From Octopus vulgaris (taxonomy: Eukaryota), in contig OX597816.1 of the NCBI GenBank assembly GCA_951406725.2, positions 69,378,001 through 69,442,000 on the forward strand: 64,000 bases of DNA, given 5' to 3'. Shown piece by piece: positions 52,620 through 64,000 of the stretch (its first letter is position 1; the number at the start of each line of letters is the position of its first letter). The position numbers and the translations under genes are program-made. Below the pieces are notes generated by a model. That model ran no database searches and had not been told where the DNA came from. It was given only the letters and a program-made list of their open reading frames with translations.

Positions 52620-55600
52620 AAAGCAATCAAATAAACAAATCACCAAAACAATTAAAACCATCCACTCTCGCCTCAACATTTCTGCTTAATGCCCAAGGCA
52701 TCAGCCCTTCCACCAATACACAAAAATGGAAGATAAGATTCCTGGAGGACTGGGTCGAGGCCCATCCAAACCACATCCCTTTCTTCGTCCTCACTGAAAC
52801 CCATCTTAGTGACCTCCACTTGGAAGCCGAGGTGAAAGTTAAAAATTTCAAAACCATTCGTGCTGATCGTGCTGGCAGAAGAAAGGGTGGGACTGCCATT
52901 TATGTCCATGATTCATTCTCAACAGAAGCCATGAACATATTTTCCAATGGATACTGCGAAGCAGTCGCTGTATTCAGTCAAACCAACAACTTAACAGTTG
53001 TTGGGCTCTACAGACCACCCCAAACGCCCCTACCATGCTTCAAGGAATGCCTCAACAGCATAAAGTGTTTCATTCAGCAGTGTCAACCTGACAACATTTT
53101 AATGATGGGAGACTTCAACCTTCCCGGGGTTGACTGGTCTACAAACAGTCTGCCGCCAGGTTCTTCTCTCTCAACCCCTGACAGGGAGGCAGTGGAATCG
53201 CTTCTTGACTTCATGGATGACTTCTTCTTGTCCCAACTGGTACTCGAACCAACGAGATGTCACAAAAACGTCTTAGACTTAATTTTCAGCAATCACACTG
53301 ATACTATCCACAATATTGCAGTGGAGAAAACTCTACTCTCCGACCATGACATGGTTCTCTGTGATCTGAGATTTCACTGGCCAAAATGCAAAACAAATGT
53401 CATCCCTCCTGTTCATCCATTTGACACTATGGATTTCCACAATGCAAACCGGGAAGCGATCAATAATGATCTTGCACATGTCGATTGGTCCTTCACGCAC
53501 ACATACACACCCACTAACATCAAAAAGTCCTGGCAGTCACTTGTAGACACCATCACGAACATATGTGCAAGACACACCCCATTAAGATCTGCAAACAAAT
53601 CTAAGTGTCGAATCCCTAGAAATAGAAAATCTCTCATAAGGAAAATTAAAAGAATCAACAAAAGGATCAACATGCTGAAATACTGTCAACAGCAACACAC
53701 CAACCTGACTGCCATCTCGTCGCTAGAGATTAAAAAACATACACTCCAAAACAACATGATGTCTATCATCAATAGTCAGCGAAGAGCTGAAGAGGCCTGG
53801 GCCATTGAGAAGATCAAACTCAATCCGAAAGTGTTCTTTTCATTTGCAAAAAAACATAAAGTCACTGGTTCTACTGTTGGCCCTCTGATTGATGAAAATG
53901 GTACTCTTCAAGACAATGCCAAAACCATGGGAGAGATATTGCAGAAACAATATTGCTCTGTTTTCAGCAATCCAGATATGACTGATCTGGGCTGTATCAG
54001 TGATGTTACTCCCCAATACACTTTATCGGACATAACATTTGGCGCTCCTGATGTCTTAGCAGCAATAAAGGAAATGAAGCATAATTCAGCAGTAGGTCCC
54101 GATAGGTTCCCTGCTTGTGTCTTGAAGATGTGTCAAAACCAACTTGCACCCCCTCTAGCCAATCTGTGGCGGAACTCACTGGATGCTGGATATATACCAG
54201 AAGACCTTCTATCCCAGTCTGTTGTCCCAGTTTTCAAAAAAGGAAACAAATCGCTTGCCGTGAATTACCGTCCAATCTCACTCACCTCTCATATCATCAA
54301 GGTATTTGAGAGGGTGCTGAGATCGCGTATGACTCACTTCCTTGAGAGTCATAATATGCTGAACCCCAACCAGCATGGATTCCGTAATGGGAGAGATTGC
54401 CTGACGCAGCTACTGCATCATTTTGATGACATTTTGAGAGCCTTGGGAGAAGGTTCCAACACTGATGTCATCTACCTTGATTTCAGCAAGGCCTTTGACA
54501 GGGTTGATCATAAGATCCTTCTGAGAAAGCTGTCCAATATTGGTGTCACTGGAAAGCTGCTGCAATGGATCAAGTGCTTCCTGTCTAACAGAACCCAACA
54601 TGTTGTAGTCGAAGGAGTCAAATCCAGCCCAGCCAAAGTCAGCAGTGGTGTCCCACAAGGCACTGTGTTGGGCCCACTTCTCTTCATCATCTACATAAAT
54701 GATATTACTGACACCATCAAACACAGTAACATCAGAACCTTCGCTGATGATTCCAAGCTCCAGAAGGTCATCAATGGCGTGGATGACCGAATAAACCTTC
54801 AGTCAGACCTACTGGCTGTTGTCCAATGGGCGGAAAAGAATAACATGTTGCTAAATGAAGACAAATTCGAACTGATCCACTTTGGAAGGGAGGACGCTCT
54901 GAAACTCCCATACTCTCTTCCTTCTGGAGAAATTCTCATGGCATCCAACAACATCAGAGACCTGGGAGTAACAGTGGACAACAACATAAGCTGGGCTACA
55001 CATATAAGCAGCAAAGTTGACATGGCCCGCAGAATGTGTTCCTGGATTCTCAGAACCTTCCAGTCGAGAGATTCCCACGCTATTATCCTTCTCTTCTCCA
55101 CTTTTGCCCGACCCCACCTTGAATACTGCTGTCCACTGTGGTCTCCCTACACAAAACAAAATATTATGAGAATTGAAGCTCCCCAAAGGTCAATCACAAA
55201 AAAGATAGATGGCATGTCAGACCTTGACTACTGGGGTAGACTAGAGAAGCTGAAATTGTATTCACTCCAACGACGCCGTGAACGCTACATTATCTGTATG
55301 ATGTGGAAAATATTCCACCAGCACTGTCCGAATGATGTTGGCATCACCTTCAAAATGCATCCAAGGCTTGGACCACGTGCCATCCGTCCACAACAAAAAT
55401 CTAAATCGCATCACATAACGACAATACGGCACAACTATTTCACCTCAATTGGACCCGCTCTCTTCAACATTACACCAGGACACGTCAAAAAAGAAACTGA
55501 CCACACAAAATTCAAGAAGTCTTCGGACAAATTCCTTCAAACAGTACCGGACAAACCACCCACACCCGGATATGTCTCCGCAAACAATAACTCTCTGCTC

Positions 55601-55627
55601 GAATGGGCCTTGGTGCCCAAATCCTGA
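52496..55627 (+). CDS. LINE ORF2: APE-type endonuclease plus reverse transcriptase (uninterrupted)
   Basis: Frame is open from 52496 (ORF track starts at TTG 52820). EN motifs LNAQG, LTETHL, YRPP, GDFN, LDLIF, SDH. RT motifs NYRPISLTS, QHGFR, YLDFSKAFD, GVPQGTVLGPLLF, FADD. CR1-type RPHLEYC. Confidence 0.95.
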   Translation, partial: TGNHLFFLFFSYNESSKRTGKKHPSYHPPPSTTITPLHIPLKSNQINKSPKQLKPSTLASTFLLNAQGISPSTNTQKWKIRFLEDWVEAHPNHIPFFVLTETHLSDLHLEAEVKVKNFKTIRADRAGRRKGGTAIYVHDSFSTEAMNIFSNGYCEAVAVFSQTNNLTVVGLYRPPQTPLPCFKECLNSIKCFIQQCQPDNILMMGDFNLPGVDWSTNSLPPGSSLSTPDREAVESLLDFMDDFFLSQLVLEPTRCHKNVLDLIFSNHTDTIHNIAVEKTLLSDHDMVLCDLRFHWPKCKTNVIPPVHPFDTMDFHNANREAINNDLAHVDWSFTHTYTPTNIKKSWQSLVDTITNICARHTPLRSANKSKCRIPRNRKSLIRKIKRINKRINMLKYCQQQHTNLTAISSLEIKKHTLQNNMMSIINSQRRAEEAWAIEKIKLNPKVFFSFAKKHKVTGSTVGPLIDENGTLQDNAKTMGEILQKQYCSVFSNPDMTDLGCISDVTPQYTLSDITFGAPDVLAAIKEMKHNSAVGPDRFPACVLKMCQNQLAPPLANLWRNSLDAGYIPEDLLSQSVVPVFKKGNKSLAVNYRPISLTSHIIKVFERVLRSRMTHFLESHNMLNPNQHGFRNGRDCLTQLLHHFDDILRALGEGSNTDVIYLDFSKAFDRVDHKILLRKLSNIGVTGKLLQWIKCFLSNRTQHVVVEGVKSSPAKVSSGVPQGTVLGPLLFIIYINDITDTIKHSNIRTFADDSKLQKVINGVDDRINLQSDLLAVVQWAEKNNMLLNEDKFELIHFGREDALKLPYSLPSGEILMASNNIRDLGVTVDNNISWATHISSKVDMARRMCSWILRTFQSRDSHAIILLFSTFARPHLEYCCPLWSPYTKQNIMRIEAPQRSITKKIDGMSDLDYWGRLEKLKLYSLQRRRERYIICMMWKIFHQHCPNDVGITFKMHPRLGPRAIRPQQKSKSHHITTIRHNYFTSIGPALFNITPGHVKKETDHTKFKKSSDKFLQTVPDKPPTPGYVSANNNSLLEWALVPKS

Positions 55628-55704
55628 ACTGAAAGACTTCGCCAGGTGGTGCTATTAAGTTAGACATGGCCTGGGTCAATACTGGCCAAAAACCTTTCTA
55701 AGTT

Positions 55705-55717
55705 ATTCTAAGTTATA

Positions 55718-55785
<68 letters not shown>

Positions 55786-56092
55786 TATATATACATATAT
55801 ATATGTATATATATATACATATATGTATATATACACACATATATATATATATATATATAAATATACATATATATATATATACATATATATATACACACAT
55901 ACATATATATATATATATACATACATATGTATATATATATATATATATATATACATACATACACACATACGTATATACATACATATATATATATATATAT
56001 ATACACACATACATATATATATATATACATATACACACATACATATATATATATATACATATACACACATACATATATATATATATACATAT

Positions 56093-56137
<45 letters not shown>

Positions 56138-56179
56138 CACGCATACATATATATATATATATATATACATATACACGCA

Positions 56180-56221
<42 letters not shown>

Positions 56222-56230
56222 CACACATAC

Positions 56231-56281
<51 letters not shown>

Positions 56282-56287
56282 TATATA
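55705..56287. repeat. TA/CA compound microsatellite
   Basis: Direct reading. Confidence 0.95.
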
Positions 56288-56480
56288 GGGAGAGTTTACG
56301 AAAAAAACAAAAGACGAAGACAGGTGGTGTACCAAACAAACATATGTATTAGTATAACGCTCAGGAATAGAAAAAAATCTTTTACGTTTCGAGCCTACGC
56401 TCTTCTACAGAAAGGGACACAGAAAAAACAAGGAGAGAAAAAAAAGTGTAGAGTGGCTAACGATCTATCATGGCGAGCAT
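56288..56480 (-). mobile_element. Short (TA)n-flanked Penelope-like fragment with minimal hammerhead-like motif
   Basis: Unique ~190 bp between TA tracts containing the motif at 56379-56414. Confidence 0.55.
56379..56414 (-). ncRNA. Minimal type I hammerhead-like motif (variant core)
   Basis: Minus strand reads CTTT-CTGTAGA-A-GAGC(GTAG)GCTC-GAAA-CG-TA/AAAG, with a palindromic ACGT stem III and core A6->U. Confidence 0.5.
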
Positions 56481-58801
56481 ATGTATATATATATAGAGAG
56501 AGAGATTGGAGAGAGGAAAAATAAATAGATAAACATATGCGTATGTGTATTGTGTTGATAGCTAGACTTATATGTGTGTATAGATAGATAGATGGGTAGG
56601 TAGATAGATAGATTTGTTCTCGTTTGTGTATCTAGAGGGGCCATACACGGGTGACGTATGCGAACAAGGTTACGTATATATTTGAGTTTTTTGCGTAAGT
56701 GACATATGAATATTTTGTTACACAAATGATGGCAGTTTCATACATTTCTTTTACTCAACGTGTAATTAGTCTACTCCTGTGTATAGCTATTCACACGTGT
56801 GTATACGAATATTCACTTGGATTAATATATGTTTGCTTATGTATGTGTATGCATCTATATAAGAGTGTTTGAACAACTCGTGTTGTAAAGTTCCAGGAAT
56901 AGAACTTTATCTCTATGTGATTCGTTACTAAATATATCAACGAATACGCGTGTATTTTTCGTAGTTAAACTTTAAAGATTTATTGTCATTGTTTGTAAGT
57001 ATATTTACGTGAGCCTACACGATGCGTGTTTGTGTGTGTGTGTGTTTGTGTATTAGAAAAGTGGCGTTCTTCGTGTTTTAAACTACAGGGATTTTCTATT
57101 TTCGCTGTTCACTGGTTGAAAATGCAGAGCGGAAAATATGTATCCTAAAGCTAACAACATATGAAATATCTGAAATATATTATTTCCTTAATATTCTGCT
57201 CGCAAATTATATTTATTCTTGGTTCCTATACATATTGGAAATCATTCCTGCGGTAAAACTTTAAGAAAGTCCTTTTTTTAGCTGCTCCCTCACTGAGATA
57301 AACGTCCCCAGTGTAGTGCTCAAGCTATGTGTCCCAAGGGTAACTGAACAACTGACGTCACAAAGATACAGGAATTTTTCTTTCTATTCACTTTTCATAA
57401 ATAACTACAAAACCGTTACCGTGGGATGGTTGTCAGTCATGTTTGAGGGTGTTTATTCTCTGAAACTCCACACTGACTCCTTTATTGAACATGTTGAATA
57501 AAGTATTGCATAGCTTATCCGTAGATATATTTCTTTTGTGTGATTTTTCGTAAAGTGTGATTGGACTACTTTATTAGATGCCTATGATTTCTCTCCCACT
57601 GTCCTTCTCTGCGCCTCACTTATTATTTCACTTTCCGCATTTCTAACGCGGTCATAAGGCCAACCGTATGACAATAATTGGCGATGGCTCTGGTCGAAGC
57701 ATAATGTAATTAAACAACGTGGGCATATACATTCTAAATGAGACTCTACGAGTTTGGATAGCTAGAAATTAAATAAATGCTTCTGACATAGGCATAAGAC
57801 ATGACAATTGGTGGCGATAGGTGAGCCAATGACATCCATGCCCGTATTTCGCTGGTACCTTATTTTATTGCGTCCAAAAATGAATCACAAAGATGACAAG
57901 TACATTTTGAACTCAATACTTAAAAAGACGGAGCAAATGTTCCCAGACAATTTGAAACGTTAAGAATCTTTCTGTTTCTACGTTAAAATATATAAAAAAA
58001 AGACTATGTAACACTCAAACAGTATTTCTTAGTTTTTATAAATAATATTTTCCACCCGAGGATACTTATTACATAGTTATAGTTACAGGGTTCTAAAGAG
58101 ACTTTATTAGGTGTTCGTATTAGCGAATTACTTTTGAATTAACGGTGCTCCAATGACATTGAATGGATGTCAAGCTGACTATATGAACGTTCGCTTACTT
58201 GAAATGATCTCATTCTTCAGATGCATTAAACAATAGATAAACGGAATATATATAATTAGTGTCCTTGCGTAAAGAGGCAAAAGAAAAGGTTGTTGAAGTA
58301 GGTTATTGTGACAACCTAATTATATTGCAAATACTCAAAAATTTACATCTGTAACGAATTCAGCGAGGAAGAGGCGATGTAAATTAAGTTTGGAAACACA
58401 ACTCATTAAGCAAAATTGATTAAAAGAATCTAAATGGAAGATATACCAATTACACGCATTGAGAGATAATAGTGTGGCGTACTTAAATACCTAATTAGTT
58501 ACTTAAATGTAACACATAATTTCATGCATTGCTGACGAATAAATTATTCATAAACACAGCGCACATGAAGAATTAGATGTATATCACGTATGTGTGTGTG
58601 CGCGTGAGTTTGTGTGTGTGTTTGAGAGACTGTATGTGCAGTATGTTTGTATGTGTGTGTATGTGTAAAATTTATTTTAACGAACGTGAAGCATATTACA
58701 CGAAAATGCAATAATTTAGTATGTTATATCTGCATGAAGCTAATGACTCTCTCGGTATTACTTGAAATTACCGATTGAAAATATGCACAAAAATATGCAC
58801 A

Positions 58802-58973
58802 TAGGCGCAGCAATGGCTGTGTGGTAAGTAAGTTGCTTACCAACCATATGGTTCTGGTTTCAGTCCCACTGCGAGGCACCTTGGGCAAGTGTATTCTACT
58901 ATAGCCTCGGGCCGACCAAAGCCTTGTGACTTGATTTGGTAGACGGAAACTGAAAGAAGCCCGTCGTATATAT

Positions 58974-59007
<34 letters not shown>

Positions 59008-59218
59008 ATATGTTTGTCTGTCTGTGTTTGTCCCCGCAACATCGCTTGACAACCGATGCTGGTATGTTTACGTCCGCATAACTTATCGGTTCGGCAAAAG
59101 AAAACGATAGAATAAGTACTAGGCTTACAAAGAATAAGTCCTGGGGTCGAATTGCTCGACTAAATGCGGTGCTCTAGCATGGCCACAGTCAAAGGACTGA
59201 AACAAATAAAAGAGTAAA
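58802..59218 (+). mobile_element. SINE (family D, full length with internal TA/TG tract)
   Basis: tRNA-like head AGGCGCAG..TGGCTGTGTGGTAAG...TTCAGTCCC and an A-rich tail. Multiple copies in the window. Confidence 0.85.
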
Positions 59219-59255
59219 AATGTGCATAAACCAAAAGCTTCGAGTTGTATATGTG

Positions 59256-59567
59256 TGTGAAGGTGCGTGGCTTAGTGGCTAAGGAATTCGTATCATTATT
59301 GTAAGGTCATGAGTTCAAGCCCCAGCGATGCGTTGTGTCCTTGAACAAGACACTTTATTTCATATTGCTCCAGTCCTCAAGTGGCAACAAAGAGTTGTAC
59401 CTGTATTTCAAAGGGCCGGCCTTCTCGCGCTGAATCTTCCTGAGAGCTACGTTAGGGGGTGCACGTGTCTGTGGATCGCTCAGTCACTTGCACGTTAATT
59501 TCACGAGCAAGCTGTTCCGCTGAATGTATCAGCTGGGACCGCCATCGTCTTACCCGACGGAGTGCTC
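59256..59567 (+). mobile_element. SINE (family B head, alternative body)
   Basis: Head GTGAAGGTGCGTGGCTTAGTGG. Body matches the reverse complement of 51490-51790. Confidence 0.8.
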
Positions 59568-59571
59568 CTTT

Positions 59572-59606
<35 letters not shown>

Positions 59607-59617
59607 ATGTGTGTATG

Positions 59618-59676
<59 letters not shown>

Positions 59677-61391
59677 TTGTATGTATATATTGTTTTCAAA
59701 TTTTGGCACAAGTCCAGTAATTTCGTGGAAGAGGTGAGTCGAATACATCGACTCCCGTATTCAAATGTTTCTAATTTTATCGACACCTACATGATGAACC
59801 GCAAAGTCGGTTTTTGCAGAGTTTGTATGTATATATTTCTATGTGTTTTTACGTCGTTATATATCAAGCTGATTTGACATGAACCTGAAGGATTACCCAA
59901 TATATTTCAAGAGGTGGAGTATATATTTATTAACACATACTTCGAAAGTTCATCAAAAGATTTGTTATTTACCAGACAACCTGATGGAATTGCGAAAGCC
60001 GAAACTTCGAAGTCACAATCGAACTTTCGTTTAGTAAAATTAACAGATATTTATGGGAGGAATTGTCTGAGTGTTTAATTTCTTTCAAACCGATAAGAAA
60101 GCAAGTCACAAGAAATAATATAAAATTAATGGTTAATATGTTTATCTTGTATTTTGAAAATGTCTACACAGACATCATCTCACGACACCATTTCTTAAAT
60201 ACGACACTTATTTTATGATTTCTTTCGCGGTTTTCGGAAGAAAGTATCCGGTGTGAGTATGTATGAATGCATGCATTTATGTATGTATGAAGTACGTTTG
60301 GTAGGTAGGAAGGTAGGTAGATAGGTAGGTAGTAAGTAGGGGGAGATGGAGGGAGGGAGGTATGTGTGTAGGTCTGTTCTCTCTCGTTTCAATTTAGAGT
60401 TAAGTTTGATCGGTCACGTACTTAGCATCACGATTATGAAGCAGAGTTTCTTCTTTTAACCAGCATCCTTTAAATCGTAAGAGGTCCATGCCGATTTTTA
60501 CAGTCTCAGATAACGTGATCATTTGTAGAGTATAAATCAAGGATTTTTGTTCTCTGCCCAATAACTGAAGTTCAGCCATGTTTTGCAACTGACGTGTTGG
60601 CATATACCGTCATGCTCCAATAATAATATGCATGAAGCTGAAATCGTATCTTGGGTACATATATAAGAATGTGTGTATGTACGTATGTATGCATGTATCT
60701 CATTACGTATACACATATTAAGAATAATTATGATGATATTCATTCCTGCCAGTTGCACGTAATTAGACAGATATGAAACAGATCCTAGAAATGAAAATAG
60801 TATGCAAGTGTTAATTTTAAACTACACCGTGCTTTCTATTATTGATAGCAAAATGATCTGATGGAATACACAAAAAATATAAACAACTAATTTCTGAGGT
60901 GGAGACAACTCACACTCAACTGTAACCTTTCGCCTAAACCACATAATTATTGCAGTTATTGCATGTAACCCGAATCGTCTGCTTATCATTTATCATTTTC
61001 TCAATTTAGTTGAGAAATAAAAATCACGGCAAAACGTAATTCATTAGATCAATAATTGATCGAACAAAGTGATACCAAGAAAAGGTTCGCCAAAACAGTG
61101 AGTGGTACCATTTGATATGAGAAGAGAACTGTTAAGATATTCAAGGTTAAAAATCGATGTTTCTGATAATTACTAGACTTTTGCAGCTTAATACGATGTT
61201 GTCTAGATGACTACAAACATGGATAGTTACGTCTTCAAGGAATAAAGTTTTGTATGTTACTTGTCTTAAAAAAAGCTGCATTTTATAGTCACTACTATAC
61301 AAAAAGTACGGCCTACCGATCTGAAATCAGGAGCATACATGATATACAAACGAGTTCCGTCTATGCAGATGTTTCAAGCATTCGATATGTG

Positions 61392-61426
<35 letters not shown>

Positions 61427-61447
61427 GTGTGTGTGTGTGTGTGTGTG

Positions 61448-61758
61448 TGGAGGCGCAATGGTCCAGTGGTTAGAGCAGCGGATTCGCGGTCGTAGGATCG
61501 CGGTTTCGAATCTCAGACTCCCAGACTGGGCGTTTTGAGTGTTTTTGGAGCGAATACACCTAAAGCTCCACGAGGCTCCGGCAGAAGGGGGGGGGGGACG
61601 ATCCCTGCTGTACTCTTTCGCAACAACTTTCTCTCACTCTTTCTTCTGTTGGCCTACTCGCTTAGCTAGCGGGGTGGTGTCATTTGAAGGCTAAACAAAG
61701 CGAAGCATTGTGACCAGCGATGTGTAGCAACATCTGATAGCCTGGTCGGTCACGGTGA
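61448..61758 (+). mobile_element. SINE (family A)
   Basis: Head GGAGGCGCAATGGTCCAGTGGTTAGAGCAGCGG...GGTTTCGAATC. Confidence 0.85.
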
Positions 61759-61791
61759 TCAGGGTTATATATATATATATATATAACATTA

Positions 61792-61911
61792 AGAGTGGCT
61801 GTATGGTAAGAAGCTTGCTTCCCAACCACTTACTTAGGTAAGTCGCTTCTACTGTAGCCTCGGGTCGACCAAACACTTATGAGTGGATTTGGAAAATGAA
61901 AGAAACCCGTC

Positions 61912-61945
<34 letters not shown>

Positions 61946-62162
61946 GTATGTATGGATGGATTTGTGTGTCTGTGCCTCTCCCTTCACCATGGATTGACAA
62001 CTGATGTCGGTGTGTTTACGTCACCGTAACACAGCGGTCCGGCAAAAGAGACCGATATGAGTACTAGTCTTACAAAGAATAAGTCCTCGTTTCGATGTGT
62101 TCGACTAAAGGCGGTACTCCAGCATGGCGGCAGTCAAATGACTGAAACAATTAAAAGAAAAA
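61792..62162 (+). mobile_element. SINE (family D, internal deletion)
   Basis: Colinear with 58802-59218. Confidence 0.8.
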
Positions 62163-62543
62163 AGATATGAGTGTATGTATATATAAGTGTATATATATTT
62201 ATACATACATACATACATGCATACATATACCGTTTTAAAAGTGACACAAGACATTAAAAAATTGAAGGGAAGAGGAAAATGCTGCATTACATAAGGCGTT
62301 ATCGATATCAACATGCCGAGGAACTGGAAAAGAGCATGAGATAGCGCTTATCTGAGTATCCTTTGACTACTCACTTTCAATCAGTTCAGAGCTGTGGGAT
62401 ATATGATATAGTGATAGACCTGAATATTGCTATATATTATATCATATCATCCAATATGCACACACATGTGAAAATAGCCATAAACATTTTATTATTACGG
62501 TTCTTGTTATTGTTATTATTACTACAAATATTACAATATTTAA

Positions 62544-62577
<34 letters not shown>

Positions 62578-62933
62578 GTTATCATCACGATTATTATTAT
62601 GATCATCTCACCTATCATCGTGATCACCGCCAATATTGCAAGCGGTAACATCATTTTGTTTTTAAATCTACATGAATTTATACATTTGCGGAGAGAAAAC
62701 CATCAAAGCATAACAACAACAAAAGCAACAACAACTAAAGCAACTATTGCAGCAAAGCCACCACCACCACCACCACCGATACCAACCCCGTTGCCAAAAA
62801 ACAACAAAAACAACAGAAGTAGCAGCAGCAGGAGCAATCTCCATGATTCCGGTAACTATAACTAGAAGAGAAGACAACCAAAGAAGAACTCAATTCGAAA
62901 TACACACACGCGGCACTACACACGAACATATAT

Positions 62934-63213
62934 ACACGCATATATATAGCAAGAGAGATAAAGCTAAATATATATATATATGCACACTCACTCATACACA
63001 CACACGCACACATACACACACTCACACATACATACTTACTCTCTCTCACACACACGCACACATTCACACAATCACACGCGACAATACACATGAACACGCA
63101 TATATATAGCAAGAGACATAAAGCTAAATATATATATATATATACATACTCACTCACACACACACGCGCACACATACACACACTCACACATACATTCACC
63201 CTCTCTCACACAC
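62934..63213. repeat. ~160-bp-period tandem duplication
   Basis: ACACGCATATATATAGCAAGAGA.ATAAAGCTAAATATATA occurs at ~62934 and ~63094. Confidence 0.8.
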
Positions 63214-63547
63214 ATACACCACATACTCATATATTCCATTACATATTAATAAAGATAATTTACAAGGATGGTATAGCAAATGTTTTTACAACTGTTAAGA
63301 AGAATTATCTGTGAGGCATGTACGAAACGTTGATATTTCACACTCAATTTCACAATTGTAATTTTATCGTACCAAACATATAAATGGAATAACGCATGAT
63401 ATAAAAAATAAACGTGAAATAAAAAAAAAAAAACCCCAAAATTGAAAGAATGTTACCTCTTATCCATATATCCATACGGAAATGCCAAACGTAATTTTAT
63501 CGTTCAATGCATCCCATTTCCTAACATGTTGCCAATACTGAAGTTGC

Positions 63548-63775
<228 letters not shown>

Positions 63776-64000
63776 AGATATACATATAGATATAATAGTT
63801 AAACCCTTGAATATATAACTACATACCAACATACATAAATATGTACACACACCTGTTTGTTTTTTCATGCATGAGTACATAAATGTATGTCTGTATGTGT
63901 GTTTGAATTTCTTTTCATGGTGTATATGTGTGTGTATGTGTGTTTTTGTATGTACATATGGAGTTTCAAATGCACATGAATAAATATTTACATGTATGTC

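Larger units (their letters stand above)
50580..55705 (+). mobile_element. Near-full-length CR1-group (CR1/L2/Crack-like) LINE inserted in (TA)n
   Basis: Putative 5' UTR, ORF1 pieces, EN-RT ORF2, short 3' UTR ending (TTCTAAGTTA)2, with TA-type microsatellite on both sides. Confidence 0.85.

Noticed and set aside
53413-55186. Several antisense ORFs
   Set aside because: Shadows of LINE ORF2.
59981-60014. CTGATGG...GAAACTTCGAAGTC with palindromic stem III
   Set aside because: Core mismatch, weak stem II and no stem I pairing. At best a decayed hammerhead.

Overview
AT-rich, microsatellite-dense eukaryotic intergenic or intronic DNA. The SINE families and repeat landscape strongly suggest an octopus (coleoid cephalopod) genome; this is inferred, not verified. 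No host protein-coding exon can be supported. The window holds one near-full-length CR1-group LINE (~50.58-55.70 kb). Its EN-RT ORF2 is intact, and a Myb/SANT + polyQ + 2xCCCH ORF1 can be reconstructed once a SINE insertion and a (CA)n slip are undone. Two in-frame -1 slippery heptamers lie in the ORF1/ORF2 overlap. Also present are about 20 tRNA-derived SINE copies, R4/Dong-type fragments in (TAA)n tracts, mariner, Tc1 and hAT remnants, a MITE and a non-autonomous Helitron. The main finding is a set of short non-coding elements, mostly sitting in (TA)n tracts and often folded back as inverted repeats, that carry type I hammerhead ribozyme motifs: five sequence-unrelated families and six full motifs, at 387-431, 7879-7953, 40878-40982, 42710-42760, 45283-45333 and 56379-56414. 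They look like Penelope-like pLTR or retrozyme derivatives, and two have atypical cores. All structures were read by eye, and most element boundaries are approximate.
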